A DNA stretch of 64,000 nucleotides from an uncultured Spirochaetota bacterium (GTDB lineage: Bacteria > Spirochaetota > Spirochaetia > SZUA-6 > CAVTHK01): the NCBI GenBank assembly GCA_963734495.1, contig CAVTHK010000013.1, positions 96,001-160,000 on the forward strand, written 5' to 3'. Shown here in pieces: positions 22,298 through 33,571 of the stretch. The number at the start of each line of letters is the position of its first letter. The first letter of the stretch is position 1. Made by a program: the position numbers and the translations under genes. The notes beneath the pieces are model-generated. The model saw only the letters and a program-made list of their open reading frames with translations. It searched no databases and was not told where the DNA came from.

Positions 22298-23471
22298 GTG
22301 CGGATTGCCTTCTTCTTCGAGATCTTCTATCCGCAGATCAACGGAGTCGTGACCTCGACGCTCAACCTGGCGCTGAACCTCAAGAAGCGCGGCCACGAGG
22401 TGCTGTTCTGCGCGCCCAAGTCGCGCGGATTCGAGACCACGCACATCCACGGGATCGAGACGTACTACCTCGAGTCGGTGCCGTTCTTCGCCTACCCCGG
22501 CATGCACGTGACGCTCCCGTGGTCGTACCGGGTGGTCGGCAAGATACGCCGCGACGGGATCGACGTGCTGCACTTCACGGGGCCCTTCACGCTCGGCATC
22601 AACGCGATCAACGCGGCGCGCAGGCTCGACCTGCCGGTCGTGCAGACGTTTCACACGATGATCGCCGACCCCAGCTACATCAAGTACGTCACCCGCATGG
22701 ACCTGCCCCACGGCGAGCTCCTGACGTGGCAGTACATCGGGCTGTTCGTGCGCGAGTCCGACGTGATCACCTGCCCGAGCCGCTACATCCTGGAAAAGGT
22801 GCGCCGCCGCTTTCCCGATCACCGCTACGTCCACATCTCCAACGGCATCGACCTCAAGGACTTCCAGCCCGGCGGGAGCGACGCGACGCTCCGCGCGCGC
22901 GTGGCCGCAGTTCAACGACAAGACGTTCCTGTTCGTGGGCAGGCTGGGTACAGGAGAAGTCCATCGACGTCGTGATCCGCGGCGTCGCCGAAGCGGCCAG
23001 CGAGGACCCCGACATCCGGCTCGTCGATCGTGGGCGACGGGCCCGGCGGCCGAGGGGCTGCGGGAGCTCGCCCGCGGCCTCGGCTGCGCGGATCGCGTGT
23101 TCTTTACGGGCAAGATCGACCACGACGCGCTGCTGCGCAGCGGGCTCATACACGAGGCGCGGGCCTTTGTCACCGCCTCGAGGACGGAGATCCAGTCGAT
23201 GACGGTGCTCGAGGCGATCGCCTGCGGAACGCCCCTGCGTCGTCGCGAACGTGCGAAGCGATGGAGGAGATCATCGACGGCAACGGCCTGTTCTTCGATC
23301 CGGACAACGTCAAGGACCTGGCCGCGGTGCCTGCTGCGCATGGCCTCCGACGACGGCGCTGTACACGGAGTTCCGCAGGCGGACCGTCCAGATGTCCGCC
23401 CGCTACGACGGCGCCGAGGTGGCCGACGAAGTTCGAAGAGGTCTACCAGTCGCTCCTCGAGAAGGGGATGA
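22298..23471 (+). CDS. GT4-family glycosyltransferase (monoglycosyl-diacylglycerol synthase-like), frameshifted
   Basis: [53 protein letters not shown]. Confidence 0.85.
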
Positions 23472-23472
23472 G

Positions 23473-23994
23473 ATGGACGTCTACGAGGCCATCCGCGCTG
23501 CGCAAGGCCGTGCGCTCCTACGAGGACCGTCCCGTCGAAAAGGACAAGCTCGAGCGCGTGCTGAACGCGGCGCGCCTCGCCCCGTCGGCGCGCAACATGC
23601 AGGAGTGGCGGTTCGTCGTCGTGTCCGACCGCGCAGACCCGGGAGGCCCTGCGGCACGCGGCGAACAACCAGGCCTTCGTCGCGGAGGCGCCGATCGTGA
23701 TCGCGGGCTGCGCCGTCAAGAGCGACCACGTCATGCGCTGCGGGCAGCCGAGCTACCCCATCGACGTCGCGATCGCCACCGACCATCTCATCCTGGCCGC
23801 GGCCGCCGAGGGCCTGGGCACCTGCTGGATCGGCGCGTTCGACGAGGGCGAGGTGCGCCGCGTCCTCGGCATCCCGTCCGGCGGTCCGCGTCGTCGAGCT
23901 GCTCACGCTCGGCTACCCCACGGATGCCGTCGCCCGTCGAGCAAGAACCGGCTGCCCGCTGCGCGACGTCGTGCGCTACGAGCGCTGGACCTGA
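23473..23994 (+). CDS. Nitroreductase-family protein, frameshifted
   Basis: [53 protein letters not shown]. Confidence 0.88.
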
Positions 23995-24031
23995 TCGCGG
24001 GGCTGCCGGGAGCCGCGACCGGCTGTCGGCG

Positions 24032-26470
24032 TCACGGCGACTTCAGCCGCACCACCGTCCTGCCGAACCCTCCGAGCTCGGGCCGGGAGAAGCTGAACTC
24101 CTGGACCGAGGGCTCCGCCTTGAGGAACCTGTGGACCGCCTCGCGCAGGACCCCTTCGCCCTTGCCGTGGATGACCCCGAACTCGCGCATGCCCGCCAGG
24201 ACCGCGGCATCGAGCTGCCGCCTCAGGGCCGCGAGCGCCTCTTCGAGCCGGTAGCCGCGCAGGTCGAGCTCCATCGCGGCCGGCGGGGCCGCCTCGAGGC
24301 TCGAGACCACCTCCACGGCGGGAGTCTCCTCCTCGGCCGCGACCGGCCGCAGCTGGGCGGCCGGCAGCGTGGCGCGCACCGTGTCGGTCTCCACGACCCA
24401 CAGCCCGCCGCGCGCCCGGCGCAGCAGGCGCCCCCGGCGCCCGGTGCGCCCGCACGACGACCTCCGCGCCGGGCTCGAGCTCGGCGTCGACGCGGCCGCC
24501 TCCTCCTCCTCGGCCTCGACCCTCCGCTCCTCGTCGTCGACGCGGTCGCGCAGCTCGCGGACGAACTCCGCGGCCTGCCGCGTGAGGTCCCGGCCGAGCG
24601 CGCGCCGCCCCTTCCGATTCGCGGATCTGCTGGATGAGCCCGTCGAGCCGGCGGCGTCCGTCGTCGAGGAAGCGCTTGAGGTCGCGATGCCGGCCCGGCG
24701 CAGCTCCCGCTCGCGCTGCCGCAGGCGCAGCTCCTTGAGGTCGGTGGCGCGCTGCTGCTCGCGCAGCTCGCTCTCGCGCGCGCGCGCGCTGCGCTCGGCG
24801 TCGGCGAGCGCGCGCTCCTTCGCCGCGAGGCGCTCGATCACCCGCGAGATGTCGCTGCGCTCGTCGTTCAGGTACGCCCGCGCCCGCTCGACCAGGCCGG
24901 CGGGCATCCCCTGGCCGCGCGCGATCTCGAGGGCGTGGCTCTCGCCCGGGACGCCGAGGCGGATGGCGAAGGTCGGCGAGAGCGTTCGCGGTGTCGAACT
25001 CCATCGAGGCGTTCATCACGCCCGGCGCGGGTGTAGCCGTAGTTCTTGAGGATCCCGTGGTGGGTCGTGACGAGCGTGACCGCCCGCGTCTCGATGAAGT
25101 GATCGAGCACTGCCATGGCGATGGCGACGCCCTCCTCGGGGTCCGTTCCGGCGCCCAGCTCGTCGAGCAGCACCAGCGATCGCGCGAGTCGGCGAGCCCG
25201 ACGATGCGCGACGAGGTTGCGCACGTGGCCCGAGAACGTCGACAGCGACTGCTCGATCGACTGCTCGTCGCCGATGTCGGCCAGCACGTTGTCGAACACC
25301 GGCAGGCGGCTGCCCGGCGCCGCGGGGATCTCCATGCCGAACTGGTTCATGACGGCGAGCAGGCCCACCGTCTTCAGGGAGACGGTCTTGCCGCCGGTGT
25401 TGGGCCCCGTGATGATGAGCGTGCGCACGTCGCCGGCGAGCCGCACCTCGATGGGGATGGCCCGCCGCGCCGAGCAGCGGGTGCCGCGCCTCCACCAGCG
25501 CGAGCTCCCCGTCGGAGGCGAGCGCCGCGCGAGCACCCGTGCACGGCGGCGTAGCGCGCCCTCGCCTGCAGGGCGTCCAGCTCCGACACCTGGCGCACGA
25601 GCCGTCCGCAGGTCCGCCTCCCGGACGGCCAGCTTCGCGCTCGCCTCCCGCAGGATGCGCGCGAGCTCGCGGTCGTACTCGCCCCGCTGCAGGGCGATCT
25701 CGTTGTTCTTCTCCGCGATGTCCGCGGGCTCGACGTAGACCGTGGCGCCGCTCGCGGAGCTCTCGTGCACGATCCCGGCGACGCGGCTGCGGAAGTTGGC
25801 CTTGATCGCGAGCACGAGGCGTCCGTCCCTCGTGGTGGGCCGGTCGCTCTGCCACCAGGGCTCGCGTTCCGGATCGCCGATCCAGCTCGACGCGAGGCGG
25901 GCCACGTCGCCCCGGAGGCCCTGGATCCGCGCGGCGATGGAACGCAGCTCGGGGATCTCCTTTTCCTTGACCTGGCCTTCGCGGTCGACGATCCGGAAGA
26001 TCATGCGCGCGAGGTCGTCGAGCTCGGGGATCTCGGCGGGCCATCTCCGCGAGCGCCGCAAAGGCGGCCTCGCCCGGCCCCCGGCACGCCCGCTTCCGCC
26101 GCGGGACCCGGCGCGCCGGCCTTCGCCCGAGAGGGCCGAGGCCGATCGCGTCACGTAGCGCCGCAGCTCCGCCGCCGAGAGGATCGCGCGGCCGACCGCG
26201 GCCAGCTCCTCGGCTGCGAGCGTGACGCCGCTCTTGGCCAGGCGCGCGACGCTCGGAGCCACTTCGGGGAAGTCGAGGGCCGGCAGCGGCGCCTGCTCGA
26301 CGAGGGCGCGGAACGCGGCGGCGAGGGCGACCCGCTCGCCCGTCTCCGCGCGCGTCGACGCTCACCGGCTGGGCGGCGACCACCTCGGCGCCTTCGCTGG
26401 AGACGCAGTAGTCCTTGACCTCGGCGACGACGCGGCCGAACTCCAGCAGCCTCAGGGCATGCTCATCCAT
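24032..26470 (-). CDS. mutS2: Endonuclease MutS2 (RqcU-type) with C-terminal Smr domain, several frameshifts
   Basis: [61 protein letters not shown]. Confidence 0.93.
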
Positions 26471-26506
26471 GGCGGTCCCTCCCGGAGCCGCTCGCGGCCG
26501 CGCCGG

Positions 26507-27340
26507 TCACGGGATCTCCCCCGCGAAGTCGATGCCTCGCTCCTCGCAGAAGCGCCTGTAGCGCGGCTCGACGCCGTCGGTGCGCGTGACGTAGAGCCGC
26601 GCCGCGGCCCGACGGCCCGGCGCGGGCGCTCCGCTGTCGGCCGGCGTCTCAGCCAGCACCCGCCCGAGCTGGCGGACCACCCCGTCGCGCGAGTCTACGA
26701 TCCTGATCCCGTCACCGAGGACGCCGCGCAGCTCGGGTTCGAGGTGCAGGAAATGCGTGCACGCGAGCACGACGACGTCAACGCGGTGTCGCCGCATCGT
26801 GTCGGCTGCCCGCCGGGCGATCGCGCGCCGCTCCTCCGGAGGGGCCTCGAACCAGCGGCGCTCGACAAAGTCCACGACGCCGGGCGCAGGCACGAGCACC
26901 ACGCGGCAGCCGGCGGCGAAGCTGCGGATCATTCCCTTGAGATACCGGGCATGCACCGTCCGGCGGGTGGCGAGCAGACCCACCCTGCCGCTTTCCGTCG
27001 CGAGGGCGGCCGGCTTGATGGCCGGCACCGTTCCCACGAACGGGACGGCGAAACGTTCGCGCAGGCTCTGCAGGGCCACCACGGACGCGGTGTTGCACGC
27101 GACGACGATGGCGCGCGGCTGCAGCGCCGCTATGCCCCTGCGGGCCGACTCCACGACGGCGGCGGTCACGCGCGCCCGACTCTTCTGCCCATAGGGGAAA
27201 TTGGCCGTGTCGGCGAGGTAGACGAAGGTCTCTCGGGGAAGCCTCTCCCGCGCCAGCTCCAGGTACGGCAGCCCGCCGATGCCGGAGTCCAGAAAGAGGA
27301 CGGGACCGCGGCTACCCGCCGAACAGCTTGCCAAAGGCAT
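26507..27340 (-). CDS. murI: Glutamate racemase
   Basis: DSGIGGL, DTANFPYG, VVACNTAS, VPAIKPA, LACTHF. Confidence 0.95.
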   Translation of the reverse strand: MPLASCSAGSRGPVLFLDSGIGGLPYLELARERLPRETFVYLADTANFPYGQKSRARVTAAVVESARRGIAALQPRAIVVACNTASVVALQSLRERFAVPFVGTVPAIKPAALATESGRVGLLATRRTVHARYLKGMIRSFAAGCRVVLVPAPGVVDFVERRWFEAPPEERRAIARRAADTMRRHRVDVVVLACTHFLHLEPELRGVLGDGIRIVDSRDGVVRQLGRVLAETPADSGAPAPGRRAAARLYVTRTDGVEPRYRRFCEERGIDFAGEIP

Positions 27341-27599
27341 CCTGCGCCTTGTCGCGCCCGCCGGTCTGTCCGCGCTCCTGGCCCCCGGAGCGGAAGCGGA
27401 ACCACGAGCAGAAGTTGGCCCTCGCCTTGTCCACCACCTGCTCGTCGACCGTCTCGTGGCAGTCCCAGTGCGCGCCGGGGCTGTAGAACTGGCAGTTGAG
27501 GCAGCAGCGCAGGTCGGCGCCGCAGGAGGGGCACAGGGTGGCGCGGAAGACTTCGAGCTTGTCGTCTAGCGGCGTCCCGCACTTGTGGCAGCGTCGCAT
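27312..27599 (-). CDS. Small Cys-rich (zinc-ribbon-like) hypothetical protein
   Basis: CHKC, CPSC, CLNC, C...C motifs in about 95 aa. Confidence 0.75.
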   Translation of the reverse strand: MRRCHKCGTPLDDKLEVFRATLCPSCGADLRCCLNCQFYSPGAHWDCHETVDEQVVDKARANFCSWFRFRSGGQERGQTGGRDKAQDAFGKLFGG

Positions 27600-27697
27600 G
27601 GTGCGCCCATGATAGCAGGAATCGGCGGGCGCCATGCAAAGCCGGCGGGGGTCCACCGGCCGCGCGCACGGCATCGTCCTTGCCCCGACGGCCTGGA

Positions 27698-28222
27698 ATG
27701 CAGTACCGTCGCCGTAGAGTGACCGACGACGAAGTCAGAGCCTACGTCCGCGACGCGCGCATCATCCGCGACGTCGACTTTGCGGGCCTGGAGCTCGCGG
27801 ACATGGTGCTCGAGGACAAGGTCTTCTGGCTCTGCAACCTGCCGCGGATCCGCATGCACCGCGTCAGGCTGAAGAACGTGAAGATCCGCCTGAGCTTCTT
27901 CGACTTCGGCTCCTTCGAGCGCTGCCAGACCGTGGGCTGCGACATCCGCAACTCCGTGTTCGCGGGCTCCCATCTCACCGCCTGCCGCATCGAGGAGACG
28001 GTGATGCACCGCGCCAACTTCGTCGGCGTCGAGGTGCGCGACAGCCTCTTTCTCGCCTCCGACCTGTACGCCACCCGCTTCACCTCGTCGCGCCTCGAGC
28101 GGGTCACGTTCCGGGACTGCAACCTGAAGCGCGTGCAGTTCCGCCGGGCGCTGCTCAGCCGCACGGACTTCCCCGCGTCGAACCTGCGCGAAGCCTACAT
28201 GGAGGAGGCGCTGCGGCGGTGA
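27698..28222 (+). CDS. Pentapeptide-repeat protein
   Basis: Periodic (A/S/C)-(D/N)-(L/F)-x-x repeats, e.g. ANFVG, SDLYA, CNLKR. Confidence 0.8.
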   Translation: MQYRRRRVTDDEVRAYVRDARIIRDVDFAGLELADMVLEDKVFWLCNLPRIRMHRVRLKNVKIRLSFFDFGSFERCQTVGCDIRNSVFAGSHLTACRIEETVMHRANFVGVEVRDSLFLASDLYATRFTSSRLERVTFRDCNLKRVQFRRALLSRTDFPASNLREAYMEEALRR

Positions 28223-28819
28223 AATTCTTCTGCCACTTCGGTCTCGAGGCCTTCTCCAACGCCTACCTGGTCGGGCCCGACGAGGGGGGCGAGGCCGTCC
28301 TGATCGACCCCGGCGACTTCGACGAGACTCTGCTCGGCATGATCGAGAAGAACCGCCTCGACCTGAAGCACATCCTGGTCACCCATGCGCACGAGTCGCA
28401 CGTGAGGGGCGTGCCGACCGCGCTCAAGATCTACGACGCCACCGTCTACGGGGTCGTCCCGCTGCCCCGAGTCGAGCAGGCACCGGACGATCGAGGACGG
28501 CGAGGAGCTCGAGCTCGGGAGCTTCCGGGTGCGCGTGCTGTGGACCCCCGGCCATTCCCCGGACTCGGTCGTCTACCACATGCCGCCTTACCTGTTCACC
28601 GGGGACACGCTGCAGGCGGGCGCCCTCGGCTCGACGACTTCGGCGGCGGCCAGGCAGCAGCTCCTCAAGTCGATCCGCCGGGAGATCCTGAGCCTCGACG
28701 ACGAGACCATCATCTTCCCGGGACACGGGCCGCCGAGCAAAGTCGGGGTCGAGCGGGCGCTCAACCCGGACCTGCGCGAAGACGAAGAAGACGCCCTCGC
28801 GGGCCTCGGCGCGCCGTAG
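28219..28819 (+). CDS. MBL-fold metallo-hydrolase (glyoxalase II-like), frameshifted
   Basis: LIDPG, THAHESH, TPGHS, FTGDTL, IFPGHGP. Confidence 0.88.
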
Positions 28820-28840
28820 CCGGGCCGGACCGCGCCGGGG

Positions 28841-29749
28841 CTACGGCCCGTCGAGCAGCGCGAAGGCCGCGCGAAAGCGCCCGGGAAGCGGCGCCCGGAA
28901 ACGGAGAGGCGCTTCGCGGCGGGGCAGGCGGATCGTGAGCGAGTACGCGTGGAGCATGAGCGTCGCGTCGGGGAACCTCGGGTCCGGCCTGCCGTAGATC
29001 GGGTCGCCCAGGATGGGGCACCCGATGGCCTTGGCGTGGACGCGCAGCTGGTGCGTCCTGCCGGTGCGCGGGGCAAAGCGCAGCAGGCTGTAGCCGGGCC
29101 ACGAGCGCGCGACGCGGTACCCGGTGGAGGCCTCCCGGCCGCCGCCGGGCGAGGCGCGGAACCTCTGCCTGTGGGCCGGATCGCGCTCGATGGCGAGGTC
29201 GATCACGCCCCGTGATCGCGGCGGTCTCCCCTGCACCAGCGCGTAGTAGACCTTGCGGGTCGTGCGCAGGCGGAACTGCTCCGCGAGCATCTGGTGCACG
29301 GCCGCGCTCTTCGCCACGATGAGCACGCCCGAGGTGTCCTTGTCGAGCCGGTGCACGATGCCCGGCCGGAACGGCTCGCCGCCGACGAGCGTCCCGCAGC
29401 GATGGAGCAGCCCGGCCACGAGAGTCCCGCGATAGTGGCCGCAGCCGGGATGCACGACGACCCCCTGCGCCTTGTTCACCACGACGGCGTCGTCGTCCTC
29501 GTAGAGCACGTCCAGGTCCATCGGCTCCGGCTCCAGCGCCGGCTCCTCCGGCAGGTCGTACGCGATCTCGAGGAGGTCGCCCGGGCGCACGCGGCTGCTG
29601 AGCTTGCCGGACCGGCCGTTCACGGCGATCGTCACGGCGCGGGCCTTGAGCTGGCTGCGGGTGAGCAGGTCGAGGTGATCGACGATGTACCGGTCGAGAC
29701 GGCAGCCCTCGGCCGCATCCTCCTCGACCGAAATCCTAAGGCTTTCCAC
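28841..29749 (-). CDS. rluD: RluA-family 23S rRNA pseudouridine synthase (RluD-like)
   Basis: S4-like RLDRYI; VNKAQGVVVHPG, RPGIVHRLDKDTSG, TGRTHQLRVH, ILGDPIYG. Confidence 0.9.
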   Translation of the reverse strand: MESLRISVEEDAAEGCRLDRYIVDHLDLLTRSQLKARAVTIAVNGRSGKLSSRVRPGDLLEIAYDLPEEPALEPEPMDLDVLYEDDDAVVVNKAQGVVVHPGCGHYRGTLVAGLLHRCGTLVGGEPFRPGIVHRLDKDTSGVLIVAKSAAVHQMLAEQFRLRTTRKVYYALVQGRPPRSRGVIDLAIERDPAHRQRFRASPGGGREASTGYRVARSWPGYSLLRFAPRTGRTHQLRVHAKAIGCPILGDPIYGRPDPRFPDATLMLHAYSLTIRLPRREAPLRFRAPLPGRFRAAFALLDGP

Positions 29750-30239
29750 CGTGGGCCCCGCGCTCCGCCTTCCTGGCCCTCGCACGGCCGATCAGGTAGT
29801 CGGCCGTCGCGACGACGACCGACAGCGAAGCCGCGCCCAGCAGGACCCCGATCGTCTCGCTGGTGGAATAGGGGACCTGGTTGGGATTGCCCAGGGGCGC
29901 GTACTGCGAGTCCCCCCCGTGGACGCTGTAGCGGTAGATGTTGTAGCCGAGCTGCGTAAAGAGATAGACGATGGGGAAGGCGCCGATCGTGATGATCTCG
30001 CCTCTCCTCAGGTCGTGAAGCCACTGCGGGAACTCGTCGGGCGCGTACGGCAGCGGCTGCGGCTCGGTCGGATTCTGCGCCGGCGCGGCGGGCGCGGCGG
30101 GAGTCGAGGGCGTCGCGGCGTCGTCGCCGCGGGAGGAGTCGAAGACGGCCGGCGGCGTCGAGCTCTGCTGGCCCTGCAGCGGCGAGACGAGAACGGCCGC
30201 CGCGAGGGCCGCAAGAGCGAGCGGCTGCGCCCTACGCAT
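29736..30239 (-). CDS. Hypothetical exported/membrane protein
   Basis: Signal peptide, Pro/Ala linker, two TM segments; overlaps yggS and rluD. Confidence 0.65.
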   Translation of the reverse strand: MRRAQPLALAALAAAVLVSPLQGQQSSTPPAVFDSSRGDDAATPSTPAAPAAPAQNPTEPQPLPYAPDEFPQWLHDLRRGEIITIGAFPIVYLFTQLGYNIYRYSVHGGDSQYAPLGNPNQVPYSTSETIGVLLGAASLSVVVATADYLIGRARARKAERGAHGGKP

Positions 30240-30930
30240 CGATCCTTGCTCCGAACAACGCGGTCCCCAGCCTCACCATCGTCGCACCTTCTTCCACGGC
30301 CGGCTCGTAGTCGCTGCTCATGCCCATCGACAGGATATCGAGCCCGGGGAGGATGCCCCGCGCGCGCTCGAAGAGCTCCCGCAGCTCCGCAAACGCCGCC
30401 CGCAGCCTCGCCTCCTCGCTCGTGAGCGGCGCTATCGTCATGAGGCCGCGCACGCGCAGGCCTGGGAGAGCGCCGATGGCGCCGAGGTCCTCGAGCAGCC
30501 GCCCGGCGTCCCTGTACCCCGACTGGGTCTGCGCGCCCGACGTGTTCTTCTCCAGGAGCACGTCGAGAGTCCTCGCGGCGGCGACCGCGGCGCGGCTCAA
30601 CGCGGCCGCCGTTTCCATTCCGTCGATGGACTGCACGCACGCGAACAGCGCCGCGGCCTTTCGCGCCTTGTTGCGCTGGAGGTGCCCGATAAGATGAAGC
30701 TCGCAGCCGTCGGGCGCCTCGCCCGCCTTGGATTCCGCTTCCTGGACTCGGTTCTCGCCGATGACGCGCAGGCCGCTCTCGACGGCGAGACGCACCGTTC
30801 CGGCGGGGTGGCCCTTGGTCACGGCCATGACGGTCACTGAGTCCGGGCTCCGGCCCGCGCGCGCCGCCGCCACGGCGATACGGTCGCGTACGATGCCGAG
30901 GTTCGACTCCAGATCGGCGCGGCTCACCAT
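30232..30930 (-). CDS. yggS: YggS/PLPBP pyridoxal-phosphate homeostasis protein
   Basis: MAVTK, GENRVQE, HLIGHLQRNK, GLMTIAP, LSMGMSSDY, GATMVRLGTALFG. Confidence 0.95.
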   Translation of the reverse strand: MVSRADLESNLGIVRDRIAVAAARAGRSPDSVTVMAVTKGHPAGTVRLAVESGLRVIGENRVQEAESKAGEAPDGCELHLIGHLQRNKARKAAALFACVQSIDGMETAAALSRAAVAAARTLDVLLEKNTSGAQTQSGYRDAGRLLEDLGAIGALPGLRVRGLMTIAPLTSEEARLRAAFAELRELFERARGILPGLDILSMGMSSDYEPAVEEGATMVRLGTALFGARIDA

Positions 30931-31158
30931 GCCGGGCTTATTATAGGTTCCGGCCGCCGTGTTGGGCAATCCGGCGTAATCCGCCGGCATCCCGCGAGCA
31001 GTCCGCGCGCAGCGCGAGGACTGGCAGTATTCTCCTCGCTTCCGGCCATTCCCTGATGGCGTTTGTCAGGAGCCCCGTGTTATCTTGGGGCGCGGCGCCC
31101 CGGCTGCGGCCTTGGCGGACCAGGGCCGCAGCCGGGGCAGCCGATGAGGAGGAGACCC

Positions 31159-32628
31159 GTGAGCAGGGCGATGGCGTGCAGCGCAATCCTGGCACTCGCG
31201 GCTGCGCTCGCCTGGGGCGGCGGGCAGGCGGAAAAGGCCCGGGCCGGCCAGGTGACCCTGAGGATATACGTCGGGGAGTACACCCCCCGCGCTCGGACCC
31301 AGTCGGACCGCTGGGACCCGCCGCAGTACGTGAACAAGCTGATCGCCGACTACCGCGCCAGGCACCCCGAGGTGACCTTCGAGGTGCTGCCGGAGATCCC
31401 TGCCGGCGACGCGTACGAGACGTGGGTCGTCACGCAGTTCCGCGCGAACAAGGCGCCGGACCTCGGGGTCCAGCTCTTCAGCGAAGTCAACCGCCACTAC
31501 CAGAAAGGCTGGTACGTCGACCTTCGTCCGTACCTGGACAAGCCCAACCCCTACGTCACGGGCAACAAGGCGTGGCGCGACATCTTCCTGCCCGGCGTGA
31601 TCTCGACGGGGACCGCGCCCGACAACGCCGTGTACGTGCTGCCGACGACCCTCACGGGCACGGCGATCTTCTACAACAAGGACATCTTCAAGAAGGTCGG
31701 CGTATCGGTGCCCGAGACGTGGGCGCAGTTCATCGAAATTCAGAAGAAGATCAAGGCGGCGGGCACCATCCCCTTCGCCTTCCACATGGCGGGGAACCCG
31801 TACCAGGCGAACTGGGCGCTGCGCTCGATCCAGGACATGCTGCTCGACTCGAGGCTCGCGGCTATCAAGGGCGGCTCCAAGCCCGAGCGCAACATGATCG
31901 AAGGGTCCGGGATCAGCCAGAAGGAGCTGGTCGCCGCGATCGTGCGCGGCGACTACAACGCGAAGGACGCGCAGTGGCTCGAGCAGCTGCGGCTGCTCCG
32001 CCAATGGGCGGACTACTGGGACCCGGGCTGGCTCGCTATGAACGTCGACGACGCCTACCGGCAGTTCGTCACGGGCAAGGACGCGATGTTCTGGCACTCC
32101 TCGTCCAAGGTCAAGCCGATCAAGAGCGACAGCCTGAGGAAGTTCGACTACGGCACGTTCGGCTTTCCCACGATCACAAAGGAGAGCTCGCCGTACGCCG
32201 CGGGCCTCGGAGCGCCAGCGATCGGGGGGTTCACGGGAGGCGGGCACTTCTTTGTCTCCGCCGACACGAGGACCAGGGGCACGACCGACGCGACGGTGGA
32301 CTTTCTCATGTTCCTCACGGCGCCGCAGAACATCTCTCCCCTCAACGACGACCTCGGCGCCTACGCTCCCGGCGTGAGGGACATGGGGGCCATGGACCCC
32401 GACATCCAGCCGTTCCTCCAGACGCTGCAGCGCGGAGTGTTCCGCATCGAGAGCTTCTATCGCGGCCTGACGCGCCAGTACTCGGACCAGTTCGTGAAGA
32501 CCCTCGAGCAGTACCTCACGGACCGGATCAGCCTGGAGAAGGCGGGCGACGACATCGAGAAGCTCCTGCTGGATACGGCGAAGGCCATGATCCAGGAGAA
32601 CGGGTGGACGGACATCCGCCGGCCGTGA
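31159..32628 (+). CDS. Carbohydrate ABC transporter substrate-binding protein
   Basis: Signal peptide ending AWGGGQAEK; IFYNKDIFKKVG..VPETWAQF; FVTGKDAM. Confidence 0.9.
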   Translation: MSRAMACSAILALAAALAWGGGQAEKARAGQVTLRIYVGEYTPRARTQSDRWDPPQYVNKLIADYRARHPEVTFEVLPEIPAGDAYETWVVTQFRANKAPDLGVQLFSEVNRHYQKGWYVDLRPYLDKPNPYVTGNKAWRDIFLPGVISTGTAPDNAVYVLPTTLTGTAIFYNKDIFKKVGVSVPETWAQFIEIQKKIKAAGTIPFAFHMAGNPYQANWALRSIQDMLLDSRLAAIKGGSKPERNMIEGSGISQKELVAAIVRGDYNAKDAQWLEQLRLLRQWADYWDPGWLAMNVDDAYRQFVTGKDAMFWHSSSKVKPIKSDSLRKFDYGTFGFPTITKESSPYAAGLGAPAIGGFTGGGHFFVSADTRTRGTTDATVDFLMFLTAPQNISPLNDDLGAYAPGVRDMGAMDPDIQPFLQTLQRGVFRIESFYRGLTRQYSDQFVKTLEQYLTDRISLEKAGDDIEKLLLDTAKAMIQENGWTDIRRP

Positions 32629-32662
32629 GCCGGGCCGCGATCCGGGCGGCGATGGGGACGCG

Positions 32663-33571
32663 ATGACCCCGCGCGAGGTCCGTCCGGGCTCGCGCGGGTT
32701 CTCGCTGTTCTTCCTCTTCACGGCTCCGGCCTTCGTAATGCTCGCCCTGTTCTTTGCCTGGCCCGTCGCGTCGGCGCTTTACCATTCGTTCTACGACTGG
32801 GACGGGTTCCGGGCGGGCCGCTTTGCCGGCCTCGACAACTACCGGCAGCTCGCCGCCGACGCGCACGCGCGCGCGTCGGCGGTCAACATCGCGCAGTTCA
32901 TCGCCGCGCGAGTCGCCCTGAACCTCGCGTTCCCGATGATCGCGGCGCTGCTGCTCTTCCACATGCGGTCGCGAGGCGCAGCCGGCGCGTACCGGGCGCT
33001 GTTCACGATCCCGATGGTCGTGCCGCTGATGGTCGTGCTGCTGGTGTGGAAGTTCATCTACCACCCGCACGACGGGCTCCTCAACCGCCTCCTCGAAGCC
33101 GCAGGGCTGGCGGGCTGGCGGCACGTGTGGCTGGGGGAGTTCGGCACCGCGCTCTACGCCGTGATCGCGATCGGGTTCCCCTGGGTCACCGGGCTGGGGC
33201 TCGCGGGGTTCGCGCTGCTGATCTACCTGGCCGGGCTCCAGGCGATCCCGGCCGAGATCTTCGACGCCCTCGCCGTCGACGGCGTGGGCCTTGCGCCGCG
33301 CCTCTCCAGGATCGAGCTGCCGCTCATCGCGGGCCCGATCCGACTCATCGTCATGCTCACGATCATCAACACGCTCAAGAGCTACGTCCCGGTGATGATC
33401 CTCACCAACGGCGGCCCGTCCGACGCGTCCCTGGTGCCGGGCCTCTACCTCTACCAGAGCGCGTTCTACTACGACCGGTTCGGCTATGCGAGCGCGATCG
33501 GGGTGGTGATGACCGTGTTCCTCGTGGCGATCACGTGGCTCAACAACCGCGCGATCGGGGCCGCCGGATGA
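32663..33571 (+). CDS. Carbohydrate ABC transporter permease (MalF-like)
   Basis: GLDNY, GLLNRLL, YLAGLQAIP, GYASAIG. Confidence 0.9.
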   Translation: MTPREVRPGSRGFSLFFLFTAPAFVMLALFFAWPVASALYHSFYDWDGFRAGRFAGLDNYRQLAADAHARASAVNIAQFIAARVALNLAFPMIAALLLFHMRSRGAAGAYRALFTIPMVVPLMVVLLVWKFIYHPHDGLLNRLLEAAGLAGWRHVWLGEFGTALYAVIAIGFPWVTGLGLAGFALLIYLAGLQAIPAEIFDALAVDGVGLAPRLSRIELPLIAGPIRLIVMLTIINTLKSYVPVMILTNGGPSDASLVPGLYLYQSAFYYDRFGYASAIGVVMTVFLVAITWLNNRAIGAAG

